64,000 nucleotides of DNA from a virus. The notes below the pieces were generated by a model, which was not told where the DNA came from, did not search any database, and was given only the letters and a program-made list of their open reading frames with translations. Location of the stretch: the IMG/VR virus record IMGVR_UViG_3300047472_000449, one strand, 5' to 3'. Below are positions 18,147 through 27,751 of this stretch, in pieces (the stretch's first letter is position 1; each line of letters starts with the position of its first letter). The translations under genes were made by a program, and so were the position numbers.

Positions 18147-18653
18147 TCAAAAAGGAATGTCGTCGTCGAAGCTGTCAAAATCCGGTGCCGGTTGCGGTGC
18201 GGCTTGCTGCGGTGCCGACTGCTGTGGGCGAGACTGCTGTGGGCGCGGTGCCGACTGGCGCGGAGCTTGTTGCTGGTTGCCGCCTTGGCCCTGCTGGTCA
18301 CCCTGTGGACGACCGCCCAGCAGTTGCATGGTGCCGTTCACGTCCACCACGATTTCGGTGGTGTAGCGCTTGATGCCGTCCTTTTCCCACTCGCGGGTTT
18401 GCAGCTTGCCCTCGATGTAGACCTGAGAGCCTTTGCGCAGGTACTCGCCAGCGATCTCGGCAACCTTGCCGAACATCGAAACGCGGTGCCATTCAGTCTT
18501 TTCGACTTTCTGGCCGGTCTGCTTGTCGGTCCAGCTTTCGCTGGTCGCCAGACTCAGGTTGGTCACGGCATTGCCGTTGGGGAGGTAACGAACTTCCGGG
18601 TCTTGGCCGCAAGTACCTACCAGAATCACTTTGTTCACGCCACGTTGGCCCAT
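18147..18653 (-). CDS. ssb: single-stranded DNA-binding protein
   Basis: [10 protein letters not shown]...DPEVRY...TEWHRV...[19 protein letters not shown]; [11 protein letters not shown] tail. Confidence 0.98.
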   Translation of the reverse strand: MGQRGVNKVILVGTCGQDPEVRYLPNGNAVTNLSLATSESWTDKQTGQKVEKTEWHRVSMFGKVAEIAGEYLRKGSQVYIEGKLQTREWEKDGIKRYTTEIVVDVNGTMQLLGGRPQGDQQGQGGNQQQAPRQSAPRPQQSRPQQSAPQQAAPQPAPDFDSFDDDIPF

Positions 18654-18708
18654 GATGTATGTCCTCTCAGTTCTGTGTGTTGGGTTGGTGTTCGCTTTTG
18701 ATGTGCCC

Positions 18709-18748
18709 AGTATATCGATCTTGTCCTACTATGTCAACATCATTTTCA
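18709..18748 (-). promoter_or_regulatory. ssb promoter with palindromic -35 operator
   Basis: TATACT/17/TTGACA; TGTCAAC-ATC-ATTTTCA. Confidence 0.7.
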
Positions 18749-19786
18749 ATGTTTTTCAAAAAACTTTCCCTCTTCCATCATCAAGAAGCGTGGCGGTGAT
18801 GGCGCTATCGGGCGCAATACCGTCATGCCGTTGTCGCCATTGTTGCTGTGGATGGCGTGATAACAGCCCCGAAAAACCATTTCTTTACCTTGGCTGTTCA
18901 CCTTGTGGCTGAAGGTGCTCTCTTTCGGGGTGTTGAGCAGTCCTTCGTTAGGAATCTCGTACTCATGACTGCAATAGCGCAAGGTCGCCCTGTCGCTCGG
19001 GTGATAAACATAAATATCATCCGGCCTGAGCGAGACAATGCTGTGCGGGGTGAAGTGAGCCATGCTTGGGTGCAGGGGTGCGCACACGAGGCCGATGGCG
19101 CCTACCAGGGTGCGCGGATCGACCGGCCTGTCGTCAGGATAGCCTTTGTGCCGCAGTTTCTGCCAAGCGGCCAGTCTGTTGCTGATTCGGCTGAATTGCT
19201 CAGGCGCCATAAGCGCATAACGGCTCCAGTAATCGCGCTGGCTTTGATTGAATTGCTTGATTTGCTCTTTGGTAACAAAGGCAGACTCCCAGCCTTTGGC
19301 GCAAACGTAGAGAGCAAAATCAATGCTACATAATGCCTTGTGTTCCTTTTCTATCAGTCGATCCCAGCCCACGCACGCCAGCACGCACCAGCCGACGATG
19401 ATTTTTGCCAGCTCCGGCTCACCATCGAACGCCTGCACGACATTGATATATTGATCTTTAGCGCTGACAAAGCCGTTCACCAATTCCAGATTGCCCGATG
19501 CGGTGACCTGAAGTACTTTGGTTTTGACGCCAAAACAAAAAGCCAGCACCGCTGCTGTTTCACTTAGGTGTTGCAGCGCCAGGATTTTAAAGTCTTCGGC
19601 ATGGCGGCAGTCTATCGACTTGTCGCCAAACTTCAGGCTGCCATTGACCAACGTGGATCGCTCAATCATTTCGCGATGGGTTGCCGGTTTGAGGGCCTTG
19701 GGTGGTTTGACCTTCTTTATTTTCTTGTTGGCTTTGTCACTTTTTTTGTCTTGCTTTTCTTTCTTCAATTGCTTGAATGTTTTCAT
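18746..19786 (-). CDS. hypothetical protein, paralog family D
   Basis: shares DFK..AL......A.L...GN.ELVNG..SA..QY...V.AF.G.P.LAKII.GWCV with 19834. Confidence 0.85.
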   Translation of the reverse strand: MKTFKQLKKEKQDKKSDKANKKIKKVKPPKALKPATHREMIERSTLVNGSLKFGDKSIDCRHAEDFKILALQHLSETAAVLAFCFGVKTKVLQVTASGNLELVNGFVSAKDQYINVVQAFDGEPELAKIIVGWCVLACVGWDRLIEKEHKALCSIDFALYVCAKGWESAFVTKEQIKQFNQSQRDYWSRYALMAPEQFSRISNRLAAWQKLRHKGYPDDRPVDPRTLVGAIGLVCAPLHPSMAHFTPHSIVSLRPDDIYVYHPSDRATLRYCSHEYEIPNEGLLNTPKESTFSHKVNSQGKEMVFRGCYHAIHSNNGDNGMTVLRPIAPSPPRFLMMEEGKFFEKH

Positions 19787-19833
19787 GGAGTGCTCTTATT
19801 ATTGACTGCCAATGCTGCTAGTTGAAACTTTTA

Positions 19834-20709
19834 TCAAGCGTACTCAAAATAATCACGGCTTCCGTAAAACCGAAGGTGTGTAATTGAAGTGTCGCCACGG
19901 ACGGACTTGACGGAGGCATGAGTGGCTTTTTGCAGTCGAATGGTTTGCCCTTGGCTTAACACTTCGACATCTGGAATGTCTTTGTTCTGAAGTGTTTCCA
20001 GCGAAACGCCATCCAGCTCCCCAGCACTGACTTGGCAGTAATGGGATAAGTGCTTAATGACGGTGTATTTGCTTGGGTGGAACATGAAGAAGTTCATATC
20101 TGCGAAGCAATAGTTGAAGTAATTGTTGTGGTCGCTGATGGTCAGTTTGCTGAACTTTGGGTGAAGTGGCATGTGCAGTCTGCCCACCGGCTCAGCGATC
20201 TTTGGGCCTGTAAAGGCAGTCGGCACATTATCAATGGCGTCAGTAACCTTCTGCATGATTGGCAGTCGTTCAAACGCTTCGTGATGGGCAGCCTCCTCCG
20301 GCGTGACACCTGCTGCTTTGTAGGCATGCTCACAGATGTAGCCAGCGATATCGCTCTCGCTCCTTGTGGCTCTTGGCTGGTAGCTCCAGGCCAGCGAGGC
20401 ATACACGCACCAGCCGGTGATGATCTTGGCAAGCTTTGGGTCGCCATTGAAGGCATTCACCGCAAATCGATATTGCTCGCTGGCGCTGAACAAGCCGTTG
20501 ACTAGCTCAAAATTTCCATTTTCCAGGTTTTGTAACTGAAGTTTTTCGTCACCAAGGTGCTGATCAAGCAAGGCTGTAATATGCGCCATGCTGTTTAAAG
20601 CAAAGCTTTTAAAGTCCTGCCAGTGCAGGCATTTGACCCAGCCGCCATTTTGCCAAAGCTTTTCATTGCTTTTTGGGTTGAGGGGAGTCGTCAATAATGG
20701 GGTGGTCAT
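19834..20709 (-). CDS. hypothetical protein, paralog family D
   Basis: see 18746..19786. Confidence 0.85.
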   Translation of the reverse strand: MTTPLLTTPLNPKSNEKLWQNGGWVKCLHWQDFKSFALNSMAHITALLDQHLGDEKLQLQNLENGNFELVNGLFSASEQYRFAVNAFNGDPKLAKIITGWCVYASLAWSYQPRATRSESDIAGYICEHAYKAAGVTPEEAAHHEAFERLPIMQKVTDAIDNVPTAFTGPKIAEPVGRLHMPLHPKFSKLTISDHNNYFNYCFADMNFFMFHPSKYTVIKHLSHYCQVSAGELDGVSLETLQNKDIPDVEVLSQGQTIRLQKATHASVKSVRGDTSITHLRFYGSRDYFEYA

Positions 20710-20921
20710 AAAGATTGATCCTGATTAGGGTGTGCTTCAAGCTAAGATAAACCCCGGCATCATGAACAATAATATGATACAAATCAATATTAATTTCATA
20801 TGAAATAACCTCATTTTCTGCTTTCGCGCTTCACAAGAAAACACTTTGACAATTTATCCGTATTCGGCGATCCAATAATTTAGTATTATTTGACAATAAC
20901 AATAACCAAAAGGATCTTGCA

Positions 20922-21482
20922 ATGAGCACTTCGCAGAACGACATCGCCTATACCGACACTAAAAATCACGTTTACTGGGGGCTGATCCTGGGTGGCATCG
21001 TGACCGCGCTCGGGAGCTTCAGCTTTACCAAGGATGTGCATGTCGGGGTGGGTGCGGCGCTGGTTGCAGCAGGCTTCTGGATGTTCTTCACAGCCTACTT
21101 CCACAGCCAGAACGGCAAAAAAGCGATCATGACCCTCAAGCGTGACGGCATCTTGCTGCCCGACAAGATTTTCGTCCCTTACGCTGACATCGAGAACATC
21201 TGGGCCGGTGATCCCTTCCCGATGAACCCGATGGGTCGTCTGAACATCGTTTTTCACCTGAACAAAGATGCAAAGATCAAACAAACCCGGCGCTCGCTCA
21301 AACTGTCGATGGACAGCTTTTTCTCGCGCTCCTATGCCGGGTGCAATATCAGCATGATCGGCAAGAAAAAAACAGCCATGCTCATGGTTCCAGGCCTGCG
21401 CCCGTTGGACGGTTCAAAGCAAACCGAAGAGCAAATCATTGATGAGATCTATGCGCGCATAGAGGCTGCTCAGGAGGCGTAA
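20922..21482 (+). CDS. membrane protein (two N-terminal TM helices)
   Basis: hydrophobic hairpin then soluble domain; AAGGA RBS; host-like codon usage. Confidence 0.85.
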   Translation: MSTSQNDIAYTDTKNHVYWGLILGGIVTALGSFSFTKDVHVGVGAALVAAGFWMFFTAYFHSQNGKKAIMTLKRDGILLPDKIFVPYADIENIWAGDPFPMNPMGRLNIVFHLNKDAKIKQTRRSLKLSMDSFFSRSYAGCNISMIGKKKTAMLMVPGLRPLDGSKQTEEQIIDEIYARIEAAQEA

Positions 21483-21504
21483 CGCCTCGAATCATGCGCT
21501 TTCC

Positions 21505-21528
21505 AAGAGGCCCGCAAGGGCCTTTTTT
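21505..21528 (+). terminator. intrinsic terminator
   Basis: AAGAGGCCC-GCAA-GGGCCTTTTTT. Confidence 0.85.
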
Positions 21529-21565
21529 GATTGTGCTACCTACTTCGGCTGATCGGTGCGCCAGA

Positions 21566-21605
21566 TGTCATCTGTATTGACATTTTCTTATTTGATTGCT
21601 ATTAT
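21566..21605 (+). promoter_or_regulatory. sigma70 promoter with palindromic -35 operator
   Basis: TGTCATC-TGT-ATTGACA-17-TATTAT. Confidence 0.75.
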
Positions 21606-21631
21606 GTAGCTATCGAAAACGGAGTCTCACC

Positions 21632-21985
21632 ATGAACCGGCCTGACAAAAAAATCTCGGATTTTGCAAAATCTCCTGAATTTCGCGATCAGAATTTCGCC
21701 GCAAAGGCTGCTGTAGATGCCATGGCTCCAGTCCCCGAGGCACTGTATGCGGAGGCTCGGATGAAAATCGCCTCCGCTGTGACTTGGCTGGTTGAGCATG
21801 AAACTCATCGTGACGCCGCCAGCTTTCGCAACATGAAGCACGCCATCATCGGCATGACCACCGCCTGGGGTATGATTCGCGCCTATTCGAAGGCAAGCGG
21901 CGAGCCAGTGCCCAAGGCCCTCGAAGACCAGTACGCATTTCTGTTCAATTACTTCAGTTATTTCGAGTTTCATGACCACTCCTGA
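21632..21985 (+). CDS. hypothetical protein
   Basis: GGAG RBS, promoter upstream. Confidence 0.8.
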   Translation: MNRPDKKISDFAKSPEFRDQNFAAKAAVDAMAPVPEALYAEARMKIASAVTWLVEHETHRDAASFRNMKHAIIGMTTAWGMIRAYSKASGEPVPKALEDQYAFLFNYFSYFEFHDHS

Positions 21986-22010
21986 TCAATGGGGTTGGCT
22001 TGCTTGAGGT

Positions 22011-22050
22011 GGTCAACCGAGTTGACAATTTACTGATTGATGACTATAAT
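22011..22050 (+). promoter_or_regulatory. sigma70 promoter with palindromic -35 operator
   Basis: GGTCAAC-CGA-GTTGACA-17-TATAAT. Confidence 0.8.
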
Positions 22051-22109
22051 GATCACCTCAGTCCAAGCAGGCCTGTCCTGTCCTATTGTCGATTATCAGG
22101 AAGCCTCTC

Positions 22110-22448
22110 ATGAAAAAGACCATTTCCAGCGCCGAACTCAATCATTTGCGCCGACTCCTTGGCTGGGTGTCGTGCGAAATCGGCCAGTCGCCTGAAGAGA
22201 TGGTGGCGACCGTCAAATCGGTGGCCCCAGCCTTTGATGGCGAAGAACTCAGCGACGAGGCTAAACAGCGTCTGGTTGCCTCTCATGAAAAAGCCGCCGC
22301 TGTGCCCAAGTATGTCCGGCAGGCCGTCAAGGCGCTCCAGAAGACGCTGGAGGACACCAACGGCGACACGGTTGACGGTGAGCTGGTCGAAGGGCCGGAC
22401 GGTCTTCCAGCCCCTTCCGGCCAACCTGCATTGACCCATAAGGCATGA
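22110..22448 (+). CDS. hypothetical protein
   Basis: AGGAA RBS. Confidence 0.75.
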   Translation: MKKTISSAELNHLRRLLGWVSCEIGQSPEEMVATVKSVAPAFDGEELSDEAKQRLVASHEKAAAVPKYVRQAVKALQKTLEDTNGDTVDGELVEGPDGLPAPSGQPALTHKA

Positions 22449-22452
22449 ATCG

Positions 22453-22758
22453 ATGAACACACAAGCGGCCATTCACATTCCTGAGTTGGATGGGCACAGC
22501 ACCAGCTGGGCTGTCGTGCGAAAGGACACAGGCGCACTGATCAGTGAGTCAACGAGCCGTTTCTGGATCGAGGCTGAAAAGCTGAATCCCGAAAAAATCG
22601 AGGTGCTCACATGGCACCAATACCTGCGAAAATCCGGTGATCATCGGATCGCGGAAATTGGCGCGAAAGACCTGCTCCAGCAAATCGAAATGCGTGAGCT
22701 AGTAAACAGCCCTCGTTACATCAATCTTGTGGATGCCTTGCAGGCCTTCCTCAAATAA
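22453..22758 (+). CDS. hypothetical protein
   Basis: 101-aa ORF in operon. Confidence 0.7.
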   Translation: MNTQAAIHIPELDGHSTSWAVVRKDTGALISESTSRFWIEAEKLNPEKIEVLTWHQYLRKSGDHRIAEIGAKDLLQQIEMRELVNSPRYINLVDALQAFLK

Positions 22759-22825
22759 TCAGCCCTAGAAGCTGATGTGTTTGCGGCTCCAGGTCGCTAG
22801 GTGATATTGAGTCAAGGGATTATCT

Positions 22826-23113
22826 ATGCCCGTCATGTACCACGTCACCAGCGGCCAGAATCGAACAAGCATCTTGAAGAAAGGCTTGCTCGCGGATCTC
22901 GATAACACCGGATATGGGGCTATTTTTCTGGCTGATTCGCCGCCATTGATTATTCCCGGATTGGATGTTTGGGCGGTTGAGGTGTCAGGGCTGAGTCTTG
23001 ATGAAGACTTCACAGGCGAGCCGGACGATGGCCGCTGGTGGATGCACTACGGCGATATCCGGCCTGACCGTCTTTCGATGCGCTCTGGCATTCCGACGCC
23101 CGCACTCGCTTAG
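22826..23113 (+). CDS. putative ADP-ribosyltransferase-fold (KptA/DUF952-like) protein
   Basis: MYHVT...SILKKGL...AIFLAD...VWAVEVSGL...GDI.PDRL. Confidence 0.55.
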   Translation: MPVMYHVTSGQNRTSILKKGLLADLDNTGYGAIFLADSPPLIIPGLDVWAVEVSGLSLDEDFTGEPDDGRWWMHYGDIRPDRLSMRSGIPTPALA

Positions 23114-23718
23114 TCTACTTCCTGCGTGAAAATGGCAAACACCATCGCATTGTCCCGCGCATAGCGTTCCAGCTCGGCGAGATAGTGCTTATCGTACCGA
23201 TATTCAAGCTCAAAGCGCTCGGTGGTCTCCAGTGGATAGGCGCCATGCTGGCGCTGGTCATCGAATATCACCACATCCCCCGGCGCCATTTCGTGCGCCC
23301 GCGTGGTATTGCTGACAAACAAACAGCCTTTGGGCGCTTGCAACAACACCGCCAGCACGTCGCCCACTTCATGCGTCGAGTCTTGAGGATCGGTGTGCAG
23401 TGAGCAGAAATCAAAAGCCATGGTTTGCAGTTGCATGGTTGGGTTATCGAGCAGCGGCACCAGGGCGTGCAGAGACGGCACGTCGATCATTGGTTTGAGC
23501 GCCAGCGCCAGCATGTTATTACCAATGCCCTGCTCGGCGTTCGGATAAAACGGCCTGTCCCGCTCCAACAGCTGATTGCCTTCGCTGCTCATGTGTCGCC
23601 AGGGTTCCCCCACGTGCGCCAGCAGGCTCAAGCGATCCGCGTCGTTAATGCGGCCCAGGTAGCGGCTGGCCGTGTGGGGGTCAAGCGAAACCCCCAGCCT
23701 ACTCGCAAGCGAAATCAT
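23110..23718 (-). CDS. putative 2OG-Fe(II) dioxygenase / cupin-fold protein
   Basis: LHTD (HxD) and GDVVIFDD.RQHG distal His motif. Confidence 0.5.
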   Translation of the reverse strand: MISLASRLGVSLDPHTASRYLGRINDADRLSLLAHVGEPWRHMSSEGNQLLERDRPFYPNAEQGIGNNMLALALKPMIDVPSLHALVPLLDNPTMQLQTMAFDFCSLHTDPQDSTHEVGDVLAVLLQAPKGCLFVSNTTRAHEMAPGDVVIFDDQRQHGAYPLETTERFELEYRYDKHYLAELERYARDNAMVFAIFTQEVD

Positions 23719-24047
23719 CCCAGCGCGTGCAGGTGGTTAATCTTGAAATCCTCGAACGCCTCGCCCATCGCCGCAGTGCCGTCCGGAATCGGAAAGCCAT
23801 GCTTTTCCAGGTACGGCACCACGGTCTCAAAAAAGAACACCTGCTTGAACGTCTCATCGCCGTGATGAAACGCCGCGCAACGCTCAGAGGTATGTCGTCC
23901 CGAGCTGCACAGGCCAATCACTTCTTTCATGAGCTGGGTGTAGGCATAGGCCGGAGGGCTGTGATAGCGCCCCTCGGTGTGATGCTTGGAATAGGCTGTG
24001 CAGAAGGCCTGGAAGTGAGTCTTGGCGAGCGCGCTGGGTAGGTTCAT
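23715..24047 (-). CDS. hypothetical protein
   Basis: ATGA overlap with 23110..23718. Confidence 0.75.
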   Translation of the reverse strand: MNLPSALAKTHFQAFCTAYSKHHTEGRYHSPPAYAYTQLMKEVIGLCSSGRHTSERCAAFHHGDETFKQVFFFETVVPYLEKHGFPIPDGTAAMGEAFEDFKINHLHALG

Positions 24048-24057
24048 GAAAGCCCCC

Positions 24058-24339
24058 TCAGTGCTGAATGTTGGCGACAGAGAGGGCGGCTTTCATGGTT
24101 GCTTCATCAAAAGGCGCCAGTGACTTACGCAATTCGACAGGAACAGCATTCACCCACTCCAGGGCCATATCCAGTGCCTGCTCAGGCGTCACCGCAGGCG
24201 CACCTTCAATCGGTTCCCCGGCAATCATGGCATCCACCCATTCCCGGTCAAACCCCGGCATGCCCGGTAGTGGCAACGATTGCGGAACGCTGTCGATCCA
24301 GGTCAGGGTTTGTTTGAGTGCTTGGAGCGTGGTCAGCAT
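24058..24339 (-). CDS. hypothetical protein with duplicated helix motif
   Basis: QAL..TLTWIDSVP / QAL.MALEWVNAVP. Confidence 0.7.
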   Translation of the reverse strand: MLTTLQALKQTLTWIDSVPQSLPLPGMPGFDREWVDAMIAGEPIEGAPAVTPEQALDMALEWVNAVPVELRKSLAPFDEATMKAALSVANIQH

Positions 24340-24373
24340 GGCAAGGCTCGCAAAGTTCTTTGAATAGGATATC

Positions 24374-24468
24374 AGTATAACGAATCTCACCTGTGCAGTC
24401 AATACAAATGACATTTCAATAATAGGGATGTCATTGTGATTGACAGTCGCTGCTCGTATCGTTATACT
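24374..24468. promoter_or_regulatory. divergent promoter pair, each with palindromic -35 operator
   Basis: minus: AGTCAAT-ACA-AATGACA (24397-24413); plus: TGTCATT-GTG-ATTGACA-17-TATACT (24429-24468). Confidence 0.85.
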
Positions 24469-24488
24469 GACTCCATTGAAACAGCGGA

Positions 24489-24821
24489 ATGCCTGACATG
24501 CCGATTCTGACCAAGCGTACGCTGTGCGCCGACTGCGGTGAATTCATGTCAACGGGTGACGCGTTTCGCTGGGTCAAGGTGCGAGTGGCCACCGGGCCGA
24601 GCGTCAAGAACGTAGGCCGGATCACTCACAAAGCGGCACACGCCGACCCGCATTGCCTGCTCAAAAGCGTTCGCCGTACTGAATTGCTTCGCGCTGCTCA
24701 AGGTAACGAAGACACACTGGCGCTTCTGGAGGCTCAAGGTGAGCCGGTGCCAGACATGCTCCGAGAGATGCTGACAAAAAACGCCGCCGATGCTCGGGCG
24801 CAAGCTGCTGAACTCAAGTAA
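24489..24821 (+). CDS. zinc-binding hypothetical protein
   Basis: CADCG...H.DPHC. Confidence 0.75.
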   Translation: MPDMPILTKRTLCADCGEFMSTGDAFRWVKVRVATGPSVKNVGRITHKAAHADPHCLLKSVRRTELLRAAQGNEDTLALLEAQGEPVPDMLREMLTKNAADARAQAAELK

Positions 24822-24830
24822 GGAACTCCA

Positions 24831-25196
24831 ATGTCCCAGATTACTGCCAACATCGCCGCCCCACTCGTTTCGCTGATCGTCGCTATTGATGGTGATGACG
24901 CGACCCACAACGGCGATTGGATTGAAGCGGTCTGCGCAGCACGTGACTTGCTGGCACCCAATACCTTGGAGGTCTTGAATCAGTGCCCTCAGGAGATCGG
25001 CCAGCACTTTGCAGCCAGCCAGATCGAAGTCACCTTCAAAGCGTTGAAAGAACGCGCTGACAAGCTGGCTGAGGCGCTGGAGTGGATGGACAGCCAATGT
25101 GATGCTGAACCTTTGCAATCCGAGCGCCGCATGATCAACGCCACGCTGGCAGCCATTCGCGCTGAATACGCACCCGGCTACTTTGACGCCTGCTGA
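24831..25196 (+). CDS. hypothetical protein
   Basis: AAGGAA RBS. Confidence 0.8.
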   Translation: MSQITANIAAPLVSLIVAIDGDDATHNGDWIEAVCAARDLLAPNTLEVLNQCPQEIGQHFAASQIEVTFKALKERADKLAEALEWMDSQCDAEPLQSERRMINATLAAIRAEYAPGYFDAC

Positions 25197-25209
25197 CAGG
25201 AGCTGATTC

Positions 25210-25533
25210 ATGGAGATTCAATCCATTCTGTCCCTGTATGCCGGTAACATCGCTACGCTGGCTCAACAGGCCTGTGGGGCTTATGGAAAAGCCGTGGCCG
25301 GTATCGAGCGCGACGTTGATTTGCTGGTCGAGGCCCATGAGGCTGCACTTGAGTGTGGCCGATTGAGCTTTGTGTCGGGGCATGAACTGCCGGAGTCTTT
25401 TGGGTCAATACCCGCCCTTGTTACGGGCTGGGGCATGGGCTGGGAAGATGCGCAGGAAAATGAATCCATTGCACGGTGCGCTGGCTGTCAGTCTGCTGAA
25501 GACCGTCACCTAGATTGCCCTTATCACGGTTGA
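25210..25533 (+). CDS. hypothetical protein related to 57682 and 58235
   Basis: A.EA..ECGR..F....P...LV.GW..G; C-term CAGC...CPYHG. Confidence 0.75.
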   Translation: MEIQSILSLYAGNIATLAQQACGAYGKAVAGIERDVDLLVEAHEAALECGRLSFVSGHELPESFGSIPALVTGWGMGWEDAQENESIARCAGCQSAEDRHLDCPYHG

Positions 25534-25542
25534 GGAAAGACC

Positions 25543-26010
25543 ATGGCTTACGCCTTCACCAATCGTTTCAACTTCGGCGGGCATGACTTTTACATGTACT
25601 CCGCTCAAGATAGCCACGGCTCGGCCTGTTGCACGCTGATGGTTGACGGCAAATGCGTCACCGAACCGCAATGGCGCGAGCATGTGATCAGCAGCCTGGG
25701 AGCCGGTATTGCGGTTATCCGCAACCGCCTTTCCGGTGCTGACTTCTTCGGCGTCTGCGACGAGGTGCAATTGCAGGACGTTGATTTCAGCCTGAACGGT
25801 GTGCAATTTCACTGTTTCATATACCCTTACGTTCCGGGTAAGGCCATTGGCCCCCACGTGTACAAGGTTGATGGTGTCGATGTGAAGCCTGAAGTGTTCA
25901 GGGAGCGCGTTGTCGAGGCGCTGGGAGAAGGCAAGCGCCATTTTTCATTGATGTTCCGCTTCGAAAAACCGGATTTCATTCATGCGTTGCTGGGCCGTAC
26001 TGCGGCTTAA
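25543..26010 (+). CDS. hypothetical protein with duplicated domain
   Basis: F.FGGHDFYMY...VDG..V...WRE.V / F.LNGVQFHCF...VDG..V...FRERV. Confidence 0.8.
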   Translation: MAYAFTNRFNFGGHDFYMYSAQDSHGSACCTLMVDGKCVTEPQWREHVISSLGAGIAVIRNRLSGADFFGVCDEVQLQDVDFSLNGVQFHCFIYPYVPGKAIGPHVYKVDGVDVKPEVFRERVVEALGEGKRHFSLMFRFEKPDFIHALLGRTAA

Positions 26011-26027
26011 AATAAGGATTACAACTG

Positions 26028-26267
26028 ATGGAACTGAAAGCGTTGCAAGTTAAATACGAATGGCGTGTGCTCAGCCACAATGGGATTTTGGAGCAACCGC
26101 GCCCCTCTGGCCCGTCATACGACGAGAGCCAGCTTAATGAGTATGGTGGCTTTGCCAGTCGTGTAGAAGCCATTGCCCGCCTGGAAGAGTGGGTGACCAA
26201 TGAACGCAACAAATTCGGCAGTGATGATTTTGTTTTGATCGAGGTCTTTGGTCGCAAACGAGATTAA
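26028..26267 (+). CDS. hypothetical protein
   Basis: AAGGA RBS. Confidence 0.75.
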   Translation: MELKALQVKYEWRVLSHNGILEQPRPSGPSYDESQLNEYGGFASRVEAIARLEEWVTNERNKFGSDDFVLIEVFGRKRD

Positions 26268-26410
26268 TCGGTAGCGCCTGATCATGCCTAAGGCAAGGTC
26301 AGGCGTAATGCTGTTGATTCCACATGCCCTCCGGCCTACAATTACCGCATATTATATCTGCGGGTGGCCGGAATCCTGTGTTCCGAGGCGCACGCCTTAG
26401 GAGCAATTAT

Positions 26411-26734
26411 ATGCAAGCCACAGCATTACCTGATAATCACACCAAAGCCCTTGAATTACTTTACCAAGGTTTGATTCGTATCCGCGTCGCTTCCAATCGC
26501 GACCCTGTAACGGTTTACGCCCTCTCTGATGCCATGCATAACCTGCCTCGCGCCCTGCTCTCCGGTAACGAGCAACGGATCTCAGAAGAAATGGCGCTGA
26601 CCGAATCAGCTATTCGACTCTTTCAGCGCGAAAGTTGTCTGCATGAGGCCGAGTCCGAGGCTGGCGCTGACATTAATAAGCCCTGTGCGATTAACGCCGC
26701 TGTCCGCAGGCATAATAAAACAAGCGATCAATAA
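26411..26734 (+). CDS. hypothetical protein
   Basis: AGGAG RBS. Confidence 0.65.
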   Translation: MQATALPDNHTKALELLYQGLIRIRVASNRDPVTVYALSDAMHNLPRALLSGNEQRISEEMALTESAIRLFQRESCLHEAESEAGADINKPCAINAAVRRHNKTSDQ

Positions 26735-26743
26735 TGGCTTTGC

Positions 26744-26783
26744 GGTCATTGTTATTGACATTTTGAGTATGCTTGAGTAAACT
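26744..26783 (+). promoter_or_regulatory. sigma70 promoter with palindromic -35 operator
   Basis: GGTCATT-GTT-ATTGACA-17-TAAACT. Confidence 0.75.
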
Positions 26784-26813
26784 AGCGGCTTAATCACCTA
26801 ATCGGATGCTGAT

Positions 26814-27599
26814 ATGGGTAACGTCATTCTCATGGTTGTTCGACACCGCGATCTGGATGCGGTCGAAAAACTCGACCTTCACGATATCCAGGGTGGTTTC
26901 ATCCACAGCACCGATACACTGCCAAAGCGTTTCGATGGCGGCGAGCCTTGGAAAGATCGCTATTTCGACCACTATGGGCGCCCGGCGAACGTGATGCTGT
27001 CGCATTATTATCACTACTCTGGCTCCCCTCTGTTCTACCTTGATGACCAGATGATGGTGGACGCTGGCCACCTGAGCCGTGCGGACTACGCAGTGGAACC
27101 GACGCTTGATTTTGAGCGCTTCGTTCCTGGCGTTCGCAAAGCCTTGCGCCAATCCAAACACAGCGTTCTGGATCGCAAGGGTAAACTGTCGCGCCCTACC
27201 CGCTCCGGCGACAAGGTGAGCTTGTTCATGCTGTGGACGGACTGCATCGACCGGGCAGAAAAGAACGAGCACACCATGACTGACGTGGCGCACTACTGCC
27301 GCACGGGTGAAGTGCGTTCCCGTACGTTCGGCAGCCTGAACCATGGCATCAGTGCCATTGCCACGCTGAACGAGGGTGAGGCGGCGCTTGTTCGCCTGTA
27401 CGACACTCAGGTTAATGTTCAGCGCCTGCCGCGCTTTGAGCTGGCTGTGACGCCAGAGGAGTGCGCTCAGATCGCAGCCCTCTACACGGCTGAAGACTAC
27501 GGCAAGGCATTTCGTTTGTACGATCTGGCCTTTGCTCGTGAAATCGCGGCTGCCCACGGCTATTTGGTTCGCGAAGTGGCGTCCAAACAGATCGCCTGA
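26814..27599 (+). CDS. hypothetical protein
   Basis: 261-aa ORF with biased codon usage; terminator follows. Confidence 0.85.
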   Translation: MGNVILMVVRHRDLDAVEKLDLHDIQGGFIHSTDTLPKRFDGGEPWKDRYFDHYGRPANVMLSHYYHYSGSPLFYLDDQMMVDAGHLSRADYAVEPTLDFERFVPGVRKALRQSKHSVLDRKGKLSRPTRSGDKVSLFMLWTDCIDRAEKNEHTMTDVAHYCRTGEVRSRTFGSLNHGISAIATLNEGEAALVRLYDTQVNVQRLPRFELAVTPEECAQIAALYTAEDYGKAFRLYDLAFAREIAAAHGYLVREVASKQIA

Positions 27600-27688
27600 C
27601 GCTCCGCATCAGAAAGATGCCACCCCGGCTTTAGTTGTGGGTGGCTTTTTTGTGTCCTTTAAAAGAGGATCGTGAGGACAGATAATAC

Positions 27689-27717
27689 TCGACAAATACG
27701 CGCATTGCGCGTATACT
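27689..27717 (+). promoter_or_regulatory. promoter with its own spacer palindrome
   Basis: TCGACA-17-TATACT containing ATACGCGCA-T-TGCGCGTAT (27696-27714). Confidence 0.75.
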
Positions 27718-27751
27718 GATCCTATCAAGTCAGCCAACGAGTGAATCCGTC

